Origin: the human T2T-CHM13v2.0 reference genome, Homo sapiens
Length of the DNA: 64,000 nucleotides
Assembly (NCBI RefSeq): GCF_009914755.1
Contig: NC_060948.1
Strand: one strand, 5' to 3'
This document shows positions 57,071-64,000 of this stretch, one piece after another (positions within the stretch are counted from its first letter, which is position 1; every line of letters starts with the position of its first letter). The notes under the pieces were generated by a model. That model ran no database searches and was not told the DNA's origin. It saw only the letters and a list, made by a program, of their open reading frames with translations. The position numbers were made by a program, and so were the translations under genes.

Positions 57071-59182
57071 GTGCGTTGGTTTGTTATTTTCAAGATTAAA
57101 TATTAATTTTTTTATTTGCATTTGCCACAGACCATTAGTGATGTGAACCTGTCTTTAAATAATGATCAAGTCAATACATAGTCTTGTTTTATGTGGATTT
57201 CTGTTTAAAGACCTATTATTTAATATGTATAACCTTGAACTCATGGTCAATAACCATATAACTCATGCCTGAACAGGGTTTATTATGTATTGATTGGTTG
57301 AATATGCTCCTTGGAGCATAGTGTTTGTGTTTCTGTGAGGAGAAGTCAGTATTTGCTAATTCATTGTTCACAGCTACTTCAGAGACTGTAATTACTGCAA
57401 ATAAGCATGGGCTGTTCTTTGTTTGTACTGTGTGTATATATTTATTAAAGCAGCAGAATGCTTACATATATTTACAGACTGTATAACCTCAGTGAGATTT
57501 AAAAATTGTACCATTTTGCTTTCATGACATACCATTAGGCGTTTCCTGTAATGCCTAATTTTCTTAGGAGAAGATGGTTCAGTGTTCAACAGCTAAATCT
57601 TGGATCATGTAAGTAATCTTTGTAGTTGTACCTCAAAGGGAAGTTAGATCTGCTTTATACTTGCCAGAATTAACAATTTTTCTCAAGGAAGCGGGATAGA
57701 AGACAGCAAAATCTAATTACACATCAAAAAGCCAGAAAAGAAAAAAACAGCCAAAACCACTGCACTAGCAGTCAAAGCTATGGAAAAGTCACCCAATTTT
57801 GTATATTTTCACTTTAATGTGTCAGTATCTTTAATATTACTGTAGTGGCTATTTCATATCTCAAAGTCAGTTTGATCATATTAAATTCAATTAATATTTA
57901 GCGCATGAAAAAAAAACTTAACCAGCAACAGAAAAAGAAAATAGAACGTGGCTTTAGCAAGTATACTGCATATGCACATGTGCGTGTGCTCACACACACA
58001 CACACACACACAAACTCGCAGAATCCAAAAAGATAAAATAATACAGAATTCCTTTAAATAGTATAAAATTTTTGTGAACAGACATAATTTACTTTTTTCT
58101 TTCCCATTGGTTCACATTGGATAAATCCTATTACTGCTTTTTCTTGTGTTACCTCCACAGGTAGGAGGACTTAATTAGTGTATTGAATAGAAATAGTGAA
58201 AGGAGGCATTCTTGATTGTTCCTGATCTTAGATAAACAGCTTTCAGTCTTTCATCATAGAGTATGATGTTAGCCAAGAGCTTTTTACATAAAGTCTTTAT
58301 TATGTTAATGTCAATTATTTCTGTTCCTCATTTGTTTAGTGGTTTTATCATTGTGGTGGTAAATTTTGTCAAAGCTTTTTCGGCATTGATGGCCATGATC
58401 ATGTGATTTTTTTCCTTTCATTCTCTTCAGATTGTGTGTCGTATTGATCAATATTTGTATGTTGAAGTGTCTTTCATTCCAGGAAAAAAATAACTTGGTC
58501 ATGTATATAATCTCTTTAATATGTTTTAAATTTTGTTGCTATTATAGTATTGCAGAATTTTGCATCAATATTTATAAGGGAGATTAGTGTGTAGGGTTTT
58601 TTTTTTTTGTAATTTCTTTGTCTTGTTTTGATGTTCAGGGTAATGCTGTCTTCATAGATGAGTTTGGATATGTTCTTTCCTCCTCAGTTTTTTGGAAGAC
58701 TGTGAGGATGATTGGTCTTAATTCTTCAAGTATTTGGTAGAATTCCCCCAGTGAAGTGATTGGGTTTTGTTTGGGCTTTTCTTTATGGGGGTATTTTTGA
58801 TTGCTGATTCTGTCTGATTAGTTATGGGCCTATTCAGGTTTTCTATTTCTTCATGGTTGCGTCTTGGGTAGATTGTATATTTCTATAAAGTTGTCCTCCT
58901 ATCTAGGTTATCCAGTTTTTTAGGATGCAGTGGTTCTTAGTACTCTCAGATGGTTTTTTATTTCTATAATATACATAGTAATGTCTCCTGTTTTGTTTCT
59001 GCTATTAGTTATTTGAGTCTTCTCTCTTTTTCTTAGTCAAACTGGCTAGAGGTCTGGCAATTTCTTTATTTTTTCAAGAACCAAATTTTGGTTTTGTTGT
59101 TTTTCTGCTCTGTTTGCTAATCTCTTGGCATTTATATTCTTCTGCTATCTTTGGGTTTATTTTGTTACCCTTTTTGTAGTTA

Positions 59183-61020
<1,838 letters not shown>

Positions 61021-61386
61021 GATGTTTTGTATTCTTAGCTTTCAAGTTGTGTGCATCCTTATATTTAAGTGAGTCTTTTGTAGACAGTTTATCTTGGATT
61101 CTGTTTTTGTTTTTTAAATCTATTCTGCCAATCTGTATCATTTGGTTGGGAAGTTGAACCTACTTTATATTCAGAGTAATTAGTGATAAAGAGGATTTAC
61201 CACTGCCATTTTGTTGTTTTCTGATGTCTTACAGCTTTTTTTCTGTATAATTTTCTTACCTACTGACTTTATCTTCATAATTTCAATTCTTCAGATTGTC
61301 TTTTACAGACATGTTGTGATTCTTCTCATTTCCTTTTAGGCATATTCCATAAACATGTTTTTCCTGGTTACCATGGAGATTACATA

Positions 61387-61677
61387 GGGGCATACCTTGG
61401 AGATAGTATTGCAGGTTGAGTTCCAGACCACTGCAATAAAGCAATTACCACATTGAAGGGAGTTGCACAAGTTTTTTGTTTCTCAATATATATATAATTT
61501 TCACTATTCTTAGTCTGTTAAGTATGTGGTAACATTACATCTTTAAAAAATGTACTCACCTTAATTTTAAAATGCTTCATTGCTAAAAAATGTGACATTT
61601 TACAAATTTCACTTCTTAAAAAAAAACTATCTGCAAAATTCAGTAAAGCAAAGCGTAATAAAATGAAGTATGCCTGT
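61387..61677. mobile_element. Internally deleted Tigger1 retaining both ends
   Basis: GGCATACCTTGGAGATA...TTCCAGACCACTGCAATAAAGC and ...TAAAATGAAGTATGCCTG-TA terminal inverted repeats. Confidence 0.8.
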
Positions 61678-62619
61678 ATATTATTATAATAGCTGTAACA
61701 GTCTATTTTAAACCCATACCAACTTGATTTCAGTTGCATACATAATGTCCTTTACACCTCACCTGCTGCAATTTATGTTATTGATATCACAAATGATATA
61801 TTTTTATATGTAATACAGACATAAGTTTTTTAATTCTTTGGCCTCTCAAATTCTGTAAGAGAATAAAAAGTGGAGTTATTAGACAATTACAGTAATACTG
61901 AGTTTTACAAATGTTTGTATGTTTTTCTTTACCACAGATTTGGTAATTTTTTTTTAATACATTGAATTATCACCTAGGGCCCTTGTATTTCAACTTGCAC
62001 GCCATTTAGCATTTTTGTAGTCTAGTGGTAATAGACTCTAGCAGCTTTTGTTGGTCTAGAAATGTCTTAATTTCAAGGACTGTTTTGCCAAGTACCAAAT
62101 TATTATTTGATAGTATTTTCCTCTCAGTACTTCCTAATGAGCACTCAGCTGTTAGCTATTTTTGAGGGTTTTGTTGTTGTTGTTGCTGCTGTTGTTTTGT
62201 TTTCATTATGTGAGGAGTTACTTTTCTTACTAATTTCTAGATTCTTTCTTTTTATAACGTTTTTTGGTGGTGGTCTTTGGGGGTGTGCCTTCCCTAGAGG
62301 TACTGAGCCTTTTCTATTTGTATATATCCATGTCTTTCCTCAAATATGGCACAGTTTTGGCCACTATTTTGGCCACTATTTCTGCATGTGAGACCTCTGT
62401 TTCTTTATCTTCTGCTTCTTGGACGTTCATAATGTTTGCATTTTTCCAAGTGGTGGTATTCCCTAAGTCTCTCAGGCTATTCACTTTTGACTTCTTTTTT
62501 TCTCCACTTACTCTGATTTTAAATGACCTTTTCTCAAGTCGTGATTGTCAGTCCTGCCTATTGATGTCTTCTGTTGAGCCCATCTTGTTTCCGTATTTTC
62601 ATCTGCAGAATTTACGTTT

Positions 62620-64000
<1,381 letters not shown>

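Overview
Human Y-chromosome AZFa sequence, recognised from the N-terminal peptide of the deubiquitinase USP9Y. Five + strand coding exons (39725-57070) splice in frame with GT-AG boundaries to give residues 1-219; the gene continues past the window end. Upstream lie non-coding 5' exons and the 3' part of the lncRNA TTTY15. The first ~31.5 kb is dominated by three decayed ERV1 (MER4/HUERS-group) proviruses with nested LTRs and Alus. The USP9Y introns are filled with antisense old L1, Alus, an LTR12 and DNA-transposon relics (about 45 Alus in the whole window). The sY84 STS and the M168 marker (derived allele) are present. I found no convincing undescribed biological system. The best leads are a TTTY15-to-USP9Y splice chain partly built from proviral splice sites, a tailless tRNA-Cys half retrocopy with a 23-bp TSD, a 5'-inverted Alu later hit by an LTR12, and tandem acceptors that add or remove uORFs before the USP9Y start codon. 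Repeat subfamily names, primer sequences and annotation boundaries come from recall and by-eye comparison, not from a search; repeat edges are approximate.
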